Below are positions 31,418 to 40,673 of a stretch of DNA of 64,000 nt, in pieces. This DNA comes from Parachlamydiales bacterium (lineage in GTDB: Bacteria > Chlamydiota > Chlamydiia > Chlamydiales > Rhabdochlamydiaceae). The stretch's first letter is position 1, and the number at the start of each line of letters is the position of its first letter. The notes beneath the pieces were generated by a model. It did no database searches, was not told the DNA's origin, and saw only the letters and a program-made list of their open reading frames with translations. The DNA lies in assembly GCA_963705295.1 (NCBI GenBank), contig OY970065.1, forward strand, positions 608,001-672,000, read 5' to 3'. Position numbers and translations under genes: made by a program.

Positions 31418-33340
31418 TTACTTTTTCTTCTTGGATGCCTTGTTCAAAAGCGGCTTTTTGTCAACATCTTGATCGAGCTCGCTCTTCGACAAAATGCCCA
31501 TGAACGTGTTGACATTGGCTTGATTTTTTTGATTCCGTGCATCGAACCAGGAGAAAAGCATATTACCAAAGAAGGGATCGCGGGACATGTTAAATTCTCC
31601 TCGGGCTTGGATGTGGGTATTTGCAATAGGTCTTGGGATGCTCCACGTTTGACCATCATCATCTGTGTGGATTAGGCTAAGGGTCATATTCCCTGAAAAA
31701 TCAGGCTGCATATCGACCACACCCACATAGAGGCGATTTAAATCGGGATCATTCGTTATACCGTAAGCATAACAATTGATATTACGGCTTGGCTGGAAAG
31801 GAATCACTGTGTCGGTTTTACTCACGTTTGAGAATGCGATGTCTTTGCGACCTCCAAAAGAATCGGGCCCTAAATTGACAATACCCGTAGGATTGACCAA
31901 TAGAGATAAATGATTGCTATTGAATGGGGAATCGAAGGAATAACCCACTAAATATACTTTTCCATCGGGTGTTACTGTAATTTCTGGCTCTACGGTCGAT
32001 GGAAAAGGTGGAAATTTGCCAGCTGAAATCGGAGTATGAACGATTTTGCCATATTCCCCTTTTCCTGTGACGGGAATATAACTGATGTAGAGTTGTGCTC
32101 CATATCCATAAGGACTTGTAGGATCATCGAAATAATGGGTAAATGAGACCCAAAAAGCTTTTCCACCTTGGCCATCGCCCCCGAATGCAGCACGGGGATA
32201 ATCAAAGAAGTTATATGTGAAATTTGGATGAGAAGGGACATTGATATTGCCTACTTTTTTGAATGTGAGCCCTCCATCTGTACTCACTGCATAAACGATA
32301 TTGACAAAATTTAAAAAAGGAGATTTTCCAATTTTTTGATTATATATATAAGCAATCCATAAATTACCAAATTCATCAAATTGAGGTTCGATTCCATCAC
32401 GCGCCAGTTTTGGAAGGCCAAATTTACCATCAATACGCTGAGTTTGCCATGTTTTCCCTCCATCAAAACTGACACCTCCCCATAATTGATCAATATTTTT
32501 TGTAATGTGAGGTAACCCAGTTATATCCTGTCCTAGGGAGCTTGCAAAAAGATGATTTGAATCAAGAGGATCTATCACAACAGAACCTTCAAAGAAGTAA
32601 AAATTTTCGTAGGGAGCTTTAAAAACTGTTACGGGGTCATGCAGTTTTTTGATTTTGCCCGATTTTGGATCGATTGTCCCTGTACGAACAATCCAATTTA
32701 GATGATTTCTACCATTCGGTGAGTTTTTCTTAGAATTATCCGGCCAACAAACAGCGAAATTATTTTTCACAATGGAATTATCATAAAACTCCAAAAAGTC
32801 ATCACCGAGAATTTTGCTACCTTCTAAGATAGTGGCATTCGAAGCTCCTTGGCTCAGACGGATATTTAAAGTTGATTTGAATCGGCTTCTAGGAGTCAAC
32901 AGATAAGTCACTGTCGTTGCATGAGTGGTATAACTACCTGCCGGCAAAAATCCTCCGCCGATATCATAGACGAGAAGGGATCCTGCATTCGTCACATAGA
33001 GATCATATCCGAGACCTGTCTGATCCGACTTGAGTGAAAAAGCTTGAGGAACCACATCGCCTGGCCAAATTTTTCGAGGTAAGAAGCCAGCTTCGGTAAA
33101 AATATAACCATCGACAGGAAGGGTGAAATTAAACGCCGGAATATGGATCGAAACAGATTTGCCGATGACTTCGATATCGAGTGGAAGCTGGAACGGCATG
33201 TTGAGAGAGGTATTGGTATTGTCGGCAAGATCGAGTGTGATCGTATCTTTAATATTCTGATGAAAAATCCCAGAGGGAGCTTCAGCTTTTAAGTAACAAA
33301 AACTCAATAAAAATAGAATCAAAGTCGTCATTTTTTTCAT
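31418..33340 (-). CDS. Secreted Asp-box/BNR protein, paralog 4
   Basis: Start at MKKMTTL (GGAG RBS upstream); Asp-boxes. Confidence 0.85.
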   Translation of the reverse strand: MKKMTTLILFLLSFCYLKAEAPSGIFHQNIKDTITLDLADNTNTSLNMPFQLPLDIEVIGKSVSIHIPAFNFTLPVDGYIFTEAGFLPRKIWPGDVVPQAFSLKSDQTGLGYDLYVTNAGSLLVYDIGGGFLPAGSYTTHATTVTYLLTPRSRFKSTLNIRLSQGASNATILEGSKILGDDFLEFYDNSIVKNNFAVCWPDNSKKNSPNGRNHLNWIVRTGTIDPKSGKIKKLHDPVTVFKAPYENFYFFEGSVVIDPLDSNHLFASSLGQDITGLPHITKNIDQLWGGVSFDGGKTWQTQRIDGKFGLPKLARDGIEPQFDEFGNLWIAYIYNQKIGKSPFLNFVNIVYAVSTDGGLTFKKVGNINVPSHPNFTYNFFDYPRAAFGGDGQGGKAFWVSFTHYFDDPTSPYGYGAQLYISYIPVTGKGEYGKIVHTPISAGKFPPFPSTVEPEITVTPDGKVYLVGYSFDSPFNSNHLSLLVNPTGIVNLGPDSFGGRKDIAFSNVSKTDTVIPFQPSRNINCYAYGITNDPDLNRLYVGVVDMQPDFSGNMTLSLIHTDDDGQTWSIPRPIANTHIQARGEFNMSRDPFFGNMLFSWFDARNQKNQANVNTFMGILSKSELDQDVDKKPLLNKASKKKK

Positions 33341-33724
33341 AAATCTCTCCTTTTCCGAAGTTATAATTGTAAATTTTTTTTTGCAAATACTTTTTAAAAA
33401 CCCAGGTTGAGACGATTGCATAACTCAAGCAGCGAAGGACAAGTCAACCGAAGGCGAAGGTGCTATTAAATCCTTCGAGTGAAAAAGCACAAGATATCTA
33501 GATTAGACGCTTACCAATGTCATCACCGTCTTCCAGTTGCCGCAGGAAGCTCGGCGAATTTATGCTGTTTTTAACATAAAATGAAGTGACTACATTAAAA
33601 AATGTAATTATTGATTCTTAAGGATTAAACAATTGAGAGTGCGTAAGTAATTACTAAATCTGAAAATTGTTTTTTTTGCAGCTAAAGAAATTCCCGGCAC
33701 ACAAGAAGTACCGGGATAACTCTG

Positions 33725-34954
33725 TCAATCATTGACTCTGAAAAGATTAATATTAAAAATTCCATCAGGCGTTCCATCGTTGGTAGAAACAGGATCCCCT
33801 CCACACACCATGTACTTTCCATTCTTGCTGAATAAGACTAAGAAATTTTCAGGTGGAACGGTGAGTGCATTGCCCACGGCTTTAAATTGATCGTTTTTGT
33901 TGGTGGTCAGAAAAGTCAAATTAAAAGTATTCGCCGGAATATTGCTTCCTCGTATCTCATTAGCTTTGCTGATGCCTAAAGTTTTTCCATCTTTGAAGAA
34001 ATTTGAAACAATGGGTGAGCTATCTGTCATAGTCGTTGTAATGAGAGATAGAGTCTTTCCATTGAAACTATATTCTCGAATATTTTGATTGTCCCCAGGA
34101 ATAAATGTTTGGGCTCCACTCGTATTTTGAAAAATAGAAACCTCTCCAGGAAGTAGAGGAAGTACGGTTGCAACTGCAACTCGTGGCTTCAGTTTATTAT
34201 GACTATTTGCAAAGTAAGAGACAGGGAATTGAGGAAGTTCAACTTCATTCTTTAATACGAGTTTATTTTCGGAGACTTTATAAACTTGAAGGAGTGCAGG
34301 AGCTTCAAATTGGAAATTCGTGAGATCAAATACTGAAAATCCAAAAAGAAAAAAATTTTTTTCTTTGCAATTTTGTTTTAAAGTAAACGGCTGTGGCCCG
34401 TTCGAAAGCCCATTGATTGTAAATTCATCGAGGGTTTCTAGTTCGGTATTGAGAAGTTTAACCGTTGATATTGCACTCCCCTGTGATTGGGTGTTGGTGT
34501 AATTCATCATGATGAATTTTCCATCCCCTGTTATGTTAGTGTTTAGCACAAGTGGAACTACGTCATTAAAGAAAACTTTTTTTACAACTTTGAACGTATC
34601 TCCATCGAGTTTTAAAAGTCGAAGACGAGCTTTATTTTTTCCGTTATCATCCAAAACGCCAAACAGCTCAAAATTTTCATCGACAAAGCAGTCATCAACA
34701 TCACCATGGAAAGCAAAATTATCTAAAGGCAGGGTAGCTACCGATTGCAACTTCCCATCCACGTTTTTGAAGAGTTCTAATTCAGGGATAGTTTCATCTG
34801 CTGCGCCATAATAGACAGCTAAAATATATTTTCCGTCATTTGAAATAGCTTTCACCGTAACTCCAGCATTACGAAATAGCGCATCACTTAATGTCACATT
34901 AAAATCAGCCCAGAGCGAGCTCCAGAGTAAAATGATAAATCCAAGAAATTTCAT
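33725..34954 (-). CDS. Secreted hypothetical protein, probably beta-propeller-like
   Basis: Signal peptide MKFLGFIILLWSSLWA; repeated SxDGKY/F-type strands. Confidence 0.65.
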   Translation of the reverse strand: MKFLGFIILLWSSLWADFNVTLSDALFRNAGVTVKAISNDGKYILAVYYGAADETIPELELFKNVDGKLQSVATLPLDNFAFHGDVDDCFVDENFELFGVLDDNGKNKARLRLLKLDGDTFKVVKKVFFNDVVPLVLNTNITGDGKFIMMNYTNTQSQGSAISTVKLLNTELETLDEFTINGLSNGPQPFTLKQNCKEKNFFLFGFSVFDLTNFQFEAPALLQVYKVSENKLVLKNEVELPQFPVSYFANSHNKLKPRVAVATVLPLLPGEVSIFQNTSGAQTFIPGDNQNIREYSFNGKTLSLITTTMTDSSPIVSNFFKDGKTLGISKANEIRGSNIPANTFNLTFLTTNKNDQFKAVGNALTVPPENFLVLFSKNGKYMVCGGDPVSTNDGTPDGIFNINLFRVND

Positions 34955-34981
34955 AGAAAACCTCCATAAATAATTAAAATA

Positions 34982-36841
34982 TCAATTCTTTGTTGAGTTA
35001 AGTTCTTTTTTTGTTAAAATTGCCATAAAGGTATTGACTTCAGCTTGATCTTGTTGCCCCCTGGCATCGAACCAGCTGAAGAGCAGATTTCCAAAGAATG
35101 GATCACGGGACATATTAAATTCTCCACGCGCTTGAAGGTGGGTATTAGCAATAGGTCTTGGAATGCTCCACGTTTGGCCATCATCATCTGTATGGAGAAG
35201 ACTTAGAGTCATGTTGCCAGAGAAGTCGGGTTGCATGTCGACTAGACCGACATAGAGGCGATTCAAATCGGGATCGTAAGAAATGCCATAAGAATAACAA
35301 TTGATATTACGGCTTGGCTGTAAAGGAATTACCGTGTTGGTTTTTCCGACATTTGAGAATGCGAAATCTTTCCGACCACTAAAAGAATCGGGACCTAAAT
35401 TGACTATTCCTGTTGGGTTGACGAGCAGATAGAGATGATTATTATTGTAATTAGAATCGAATGAGTAACCCACTAAGTAAACTTTTCCATCAGGAGTAAC
35501 CGTGATTTCCGGTTCTTCGAATCCTGGGAATGGAGGGAATGTAGCGGAAGCAATGGGTTTATGAACGACTTTGCCATATTCCCCTTTTCCTGTGACGGGA
35601 ATATAGCTGATGTAGAGTTGCGATCCATATCCATAGGGACTTGTGGGATCATCGAAATAGTGGGTAAAAGAAACCCAAAAAGCTTGTCCACCTTGCCCAT
35701 CACCCCCAAATGCAGCACGGGGATAATCAAATAAATTGAGTTCAAAATTTGGATGAGAAGGAGCATTAATATTACCCACTTTTTTGAAGGTGAGTCCTCC
35801 ATCCGTACTGACAGCATAGACGATATTAATGGGATTATTATATTTTTCTATAGTTTTGCTATAAATATAGGAGATCCATAAATTTCCAAAATCATCAAAA
35901 ACAGGTTCAATTCCATCTTCTGGAATAAAAGGAAATCCAAATTTCCCATCAATGCGTTGAACATCCCATGTTTTACCTCCATCAAAACTCACAGCACCCC
36001 AGACGTGGGAACCGTTTTTGCTTGTAAAGAATATGGGTGCATAAATAGAAACAGCCGTCGCAAAAAGATGGTTAGAATCAAAAGGATCAATCACCACAGA
36101 ACCTTCGGTAAAAAAGTAATCTTCTTTGGGAGCTTTAAAAACGATGACAGGATCATTTAATTTTTTTATCTTGCCCGTTTTTGGGTCGATTTTCCCCGTC
36201 CTCACGATCCAATCTAAATGATTTCTTCCATTTGGCGAATTTGCTTTAGAATTATCTGCCCAACAGACAGCGAATGTATCTTTTACAATGGAATTATCAT
36301 AAAATTCAAAAAAGTCTCCCCCAAAGTCATTCAAGAGCGTCGCATTCGATGTTTGCTTTGTTAAACGTATATTTTTAGGAGCTTTGAATCGGCTTCTGGG
36401 AGTCAAAAGATAGGTCACGGTCGTTGCATGCGTGGTATAACTACCTGCCGGCAAAAATCCTCCGCCGATATCATAGACGAGAAGCGATCCCGCATTTGTC
36501 ACATAGAGATCATATCCGAGACCTGTTTGATCCGACTTCAATGAAAATGCTTGGGGTACGACATCGCCTGGCCAAATTTTTCGGGGTAAGAAGCCAGCTT
36601 CGGTAAAAATATAACCATCGACAGGAAGGGTAAAATTAAACGCCGGAATATGGATCGAAACAGATTTACCGATGACTTCGATATCGAGGGGAAGTTGGAA
36701 GGGCATATTGAGGGAGGTATTGGTATTGTCGGCAAGATCGAGTGTGATCGTATCTTTTAAATTCTGATGAGAAATGTCGGAGATATTGTCTGCTCTTAGG
36801 TTTAGAAAGAGAACCATGAAGAAAGCAATCCATTTTTTCAT
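34982..36841 (-). CDS. Secreted Asp-box/BNR protein, paralog 5
   Basis: Signal peptide, three Asp-boxes, paralogy. Confidence 0.85.
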   Translation of the reverse strand: MKKWIAFFMVLFLNLRADNISDISHQNLKDTITLDLADNTNTSLNMPFQLPLDIEVIGKSVSIHIPAFNFTLPVDGYIFTEAGFLPRKIWPGDVVPQAFSLKSDQTGLGYDLYVTNAGSLLVYDIGGGFLPAGSYTTHATTVTYLLTPRSRFKAPKNIRLTKQTSNATLLNDFGGDFFEFYDNSIVKDTFAVCWADNSKANSPNGRNHLDWIVRTGKIDPKTGKIKKLNDPVIVFKAPKEDYFFTEGSVVIDPFDSNHLFATAVSIYAPIFFTSKNGSHVWGAVSFDGGKTWDVQRIDGKFGFPFIPEDGIEPVFDDFGNLWISYIYSKTIEKYNNPINIVYAVSTDGGLTFKKVGNINAPSHPNFELNLFDYPRAAFGGDGQGGQAFWVSFTHYFDDPTSPYGYGSQLYISYIPVTGKGEYGKVVHKPIASATFPPFPGFEEPEITVTPDGKVYLVGYSFDSNYNNNHLYLLVNPTGIVNLGPDSFSGRKDFAFSNVGKTNTVIPLQPSRNINCYSYGISYDPDLNRLYVGLVDMQPDFSGNMTLSLLHTDDDGQTWSIPRPIANTHLQARGEFNMSRDPFFGNLLFSWFDARGQQDQAEVNTFMAILTKKELNSTKN

Positions 36842-36921
36842 AATAAAACCCCTTTATAATAAAACATTAAGTTATTTTTTTTTTTTTTGCAAATATTTTT
36901 TTTTAAAATATGCAGAGGATT

Positions 36922-38181
36922 CTAATCTTGATAAAGCCATTTGTAGAGAGGAATAAAGTGAATTGTCTTCTCTTGCAATGAGATTGTATCTTCGAGGGAT
37001 AATGTCAAAATTTTGCCAGAGGGAAGGTTGAGACTTTTTAAACATTCAAGCATGGCTTCTATTTCTCGATCGAATGTCGAGAGTGATTTCATATCTGAAT
37101 AGCAAACTTGAATCGCATCTGTAGGTTTTCCCAATTCAGTAATTATGAAATCAACTTCCTGATTTTGTTTAAAATAGAAAATCTGTTTAATTTGCCTTCT
37201 GAGTTGCAGATAAACTGCATTCTCTGCTAATCGGCCCCAATCTTCTCGAGCAGAGAGTAAAGAGACTGTCCGAAGGCCATTGTCGATGACATAAATCTTT
37301 TTAGGATCTCGTGCTTGGACTTTTAGATTAGGGTGATACCGATTCATCTCAAAAACAAGAAAAGCTTGAGTTAAATATTGTGTAAATGTTGATGCGAGTT
37401 CGATCGAAATTCCAAAGGCTTTTCTGAGTGCATTATAAGAATGGAGACAACTAAGACCCGATAAATAATAACTGACGAGTTGATGAAGAGCATGTTGATT
37501 TTTTATGGAATGTCTAGCTACGACATCACGGAGAACAATATCGACTAAATACTGTTTTAATAATAAAATCCTGTCACTTTCATCGGATGTGAGTACTGCT
37601 TTGGGAAAACCACCCCATCGTAAATAATTTTCTAATTCTCGAATCCAGAGTCCTTCTGTAGTTGGCTTTACATTTCGAAAAGTTAAAGTTTCTGCAAATG
37701 ATAAGGGCCAAATCGTTTGTTCAATCACCCGACCCGATATTGCCGTGGCAATTTCTGAACTTAGGAGTTGCGATGATGAGCCTGTCACAATGACTTGAAA
37801 TTGTCCTAAATCCACGGCTTTACGAACCCACCGTTCCCATCCCTGAATATTTTGAATTTCATCTAATATGACAAGCTTGGGACTGCTTCCTACTTCTTCT
37901 TCATAAAGGGAGATGAGTTGTTCAATGACTTCAACGGTTGCCCCAGGAAAAAAAATAGGATCTTCGAAATTAAAAAAGAAAGTTTGATCTAATACTCGTA
38001 AATCTGAAGCAAATTGAACGGTCATTGAAGATTTGCCAGACCGGCGAACACCTGTAAAGGCAAGACATAAATTGAGCCCTGTTCCTAAATGGAATCGCCT
38101 AGCAAGAACGAGCTTGCTATTTTTGTTAAACCAGACTTTCCAATCCAATAGAGCTTTTTTCAGCTCTCCTCTGCTAGCCAT
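36922..38181 (-). CDS. AAA+ ATPase (AAA_14 + DUF4143 type)
   Basis: GVRRSGKS, LDEIQ, TGSS, GGFP, KIYVIDNGL, EVDF...IQV. Confidence 0.88.
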   Translation of the reverse strand: MASRGELKKALLDWKVWFNKNSKLVLARRFHLGTGLNLCLAFTGVRRSGKSSMTVQFASDLRVLDQTFFFNFEDPIFFPGATVEVIEQLISLYEEEVGSSPKLVILDEIQNIQGWERWVRKAVDLGQFQVIVTGSSSQLLSSEIATAISGRVIEQTIWPLSFAETLTFRNVKPTTEGLWIRELENYLRWGGFPKAVLTSDESDRILLLKQYLVDIVLRDVVARHSIKNQHALHQLVSYYLSGLSCLHSYNALRKAFGISIELASTFTQYLTQAFLVFEMNRYHPNLKVQARDPKKIYVIDNGLRTVSLLSAREDWGRLAENAVYLQLRRQIKQIFYFKQNQEVDFIITELGKPTDAIQVCYSDMKSLSTFDREIEAMLECLKSLNLPSGKILTLSLEDTISLQEKTIHFIPLYKWLYQD

Positions 38182-38187
38182 AACCTA

Positions 38188-38244
38188 ATTATAATCGATC
38201 GGCCGATTATAATCCTAAAAATTTAATCACTCTGTCGATTAAAT
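38188..38244. promoter_or_regulatory. Two tandem inverted repeats (TAATCR-N6-CGATTA) upstream of the ATPase
   Basis: ATTATAATCG-atcggc-CGATTATAAT and ATTTAATCA-ctctgt-CGATTAAAT. Confidence 0.5.
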
Positions 38245-38357
38245 AATACAACTATTTAAGCATGAGTAATTTACGTGGAATTCCCAATGCCGAGGGTTTC
38301 ACATTTTAAAAATTATTTATTAATTATAAAGTTATTATTTGTTATAATTTTCACTAT

Positions 38358-40508
38358 ATGACGCAAATTACAACATTAAAAGAGCTTGCTAAGCCTTGGG
38401 GAAGGCATGTTCCGTCTATTGACCCCTCTATCGATGAGGGGGATGTTTCTTCGGAAACCGATTTACCCCGTCTTCTGACCATTGCGAGATGTGTCCGCGA
38501 TGCCTTTCTGAATCACACCTCGATGGATGTTCTCCCCTCAATTGCCCACAATTGCTGGATAGTCGCTCAACAACTTTCAAAACCGTCTAAGGTCTTATCT
38601 GCTTTAAGGATGTGCTCCGAACTCCTCCCTCGGGTGGAAACAGAGGAAGATAAAAAACATCTGAATCCGTTTCGTTTAGTCATAGACGGCCAGGTTCATG
38701 TCTATGACGGTTACATTAAAACCTTGCTCGCTACGACCAGTGAATATTTTAGAGGATTGTTTTTTGGTAGTTTCAAAGAGGGAAGTAGCGACAGTATTAT
38801 ACTGAGCGATGTATCTCTAGCTAATTTCCAGCGCATGTTACGCGTTCTCGAGCACGGCAGCTCGGCTTTCACCGATATGGCGACCGATGAACTCTTAGAA
38901 TTTACCTGCCAAGCACGGCTATGGATGATGACGTCTGTTTACCAAAAAGCGAGAAAATTATTGATGGAAACCATCGAAGGAATGACCCTCCAACATTGGG
39001 ATATCGCTTATACCATTTATCAGAGATTAGGGAATACGGATGATGAAATCAGAACAGCTTTATCTAAATATTATGAAAGGGCCCTTTATAAGTTCGAAAC
39101 GAGTGAAGAACTATTAAAATTTCTAGAAAAGCATACCACGAAGATACCTGTTGTTGTTATGAGTAGTATTCCTTTTCTCTCCGATGAGTTAGTAGGTAAG
39201 CTTTTTCTCCTTTGTTCCTCATTACAAACTCTCAAACTTTTTTCACCTCAAATTACTGATAAAGGATTTGGTGGTATCGATTTGCTTTCAGAATTGAAAG
39301 AACTGGATCTCTGGATCTCGGATGAAACCTTTTCGACTCTTTCTAAACTAACAAATTTACGGAAGCTTTTTGTTACTGATAAAACAGGTGAAATCAAAGA
39401 AGACAGCATACGCTCCTTATCACAACTCATGGATTTACAAGCGCTTCAGCTAAGGTATTTCCAGAATTTAAATGGTAATGTTGCAGCGGCCCTTTCAACA
39501 CTTACCACCTTGCGAGAATTAGAAATTGATAATTCCAAAAGTTTTGGGGATGAAGCTGCGCTCATTTTATTTTCTCAGTTGACCTATTTGTTAAGATTGA
39601 AACTCAGGACGTGTGATAAGATAACCCGAGCAGGATTTGCCGCTCTAACAAGCCTTAGAAACCTGCAAGAGCTTTATTGCAACAATCGGCAATTCTCCGA
39701 TGAAGATCTTACCTCAATTTCAGGATTAACCCATTTAAGAATACTCGATCTAACTTGTTGTCTGGGAATAAAATTTAGAGATGTACACCTAACGTCTCTT
39801 CAAAACCTCTCCCATTTAAGAACTCTCAATCTTAAAGGGTGTAATAACCTTTCTAATACGGTTGTTTTTCCAAAAATGAGTCGTCTAGAAAACCTTGATC
39901 TATCTTTATGCCAAGGACTCGAAGCTAAGGACCTGGCTGTAATTCTGCCGTCCGTATCTCGTCTAAAAAGGCTTAATCTATCTTGTTGCGCTAATCTTGA
40001 TGATTTGGCTTTATCGACAGTAGGTATACTTAAAAACTTGAGAGAACTTGATCTTAGCAATAATGAAGGATTGACAGATGTTGGTTTGATCCAATTAGCA
40101 CCCCTTTCAGGTTTGATAAAGCTAAGTATCCACAGTTGTAAACAAGTCACAGATGCAGGCTTAGGTTTCTTAGTCGGAAGGCTCGGGCAGTTAAAAGAAC
40201 TCGATGTCTCTTGTTGTTGGTACCTTACGGATCTAAGTTTGATGTGTATTTCAAAGCTTAAGATGCTACAACAACTAAAACTTGGTTTTGTTAAGAAATT
40301 ATCCGATAGAGGTTTTGCTTCCCTTGCAGATCTCTCCGAGTTGCAACTTCTTGATCTATCCTCGAGCGGTATTTCAAATGAAGTCTTGCTCAAGCTTATT
40401 CCTGCCTTATCTCAGTTAAGAATACTTATCCTTAATTTTTGTTCTCGATTAACTCGTGAGACCCTGGCGATTCTCCTATCCCTGGGTCTAGATTCTATTA
40501 AAGTTTAA
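38358..40508 (+). CDS. BTB/POZ + leucine-rich-repeat protein (eukaryote-like effector)
   Basis: LLATTSEYFRGLFFGSFKE...IILSDVS (BTB), then many LxxLxxLDLSxC..LTD repeats. Confidence 0.85.
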   Translation: MTQITTLKELAKPWGRHVPSIDPSIDEGDVSSETDLPRLLTIARCVRDAFLNHTSMDVLPSIAHNCWIVAQQLSKPSKVLSALRMCSELLPRVETEEDKKHLNPFRLVIDGQVHVYDGYIKTLLATTSEYFRGLFFGSFKEGSSDSIILSDVSLANFQRMLRVLEHGSSAFTDMATDELLEFTCQARLWMMTSVYQKARKLLMETIEGMTLQHWDIAYTIYQRLGNTDDEIRTALSKYYERALYKFETSEELLKFLEKHTTKIPVVVMSSIPFLSDELVGKLFLLCSSLQTLKLFSPQITDKGFGGIDLLSELKELDLWISDETFSTLSKLTNLRKLFVTDKTGEIKEDSIRSLSQLMDLQALQLRYFQNLNGNVAAALSTLTTLRELEIDNSKSFGDEAALILFSQLTYLLRLKLRTCDKITRAGFAALTSLRNLQELYCNNRQFSDEDLTSISGLTHLRILDLTCCLGIKFRDVHLTSLQNLSHLRTLNLKGCNNLSNTVVFPKMSRLENLDLSLCQGLEAKDLAVILPSVSRLKRLNLSCCANLDDLALSTVGILKNLRELDLSNNEGLTDVGLIQLAPLSGLIKLSIHSCKQVTDAGLGFLVGRLGQLKELDVSCCWYLTDLSLMCISKLKMLQQLKLGFVKKLSDRGFASLADLSELQLLDLSSSGISNEVLLKLIPALSQLRILILNFCSRLTRETLAILLSLGLDSIKV

Positions 40509-40673
40509 TCATTTTAAAATTATATTTTTATACAAATGTCTGTTTTAATTTAACACCATTCTTGATAAAATTTTGTGTCAATTATGGTATTACTCTGCGC
40601 ACATTACAGGTCAATAGCAAATTCCGCTAATAATTATTATAAGTCTGCAAATATATTATAGGAGGGTCTAGTT

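Noticed and set aside
24072..36841. Diversity-generating retroelement behind the BNR variation
   Set aside because: No reverse transcriptase in the window and no template/variable repeat pair with adenine-specific differences was seen. Variation includes indels and block swaps.
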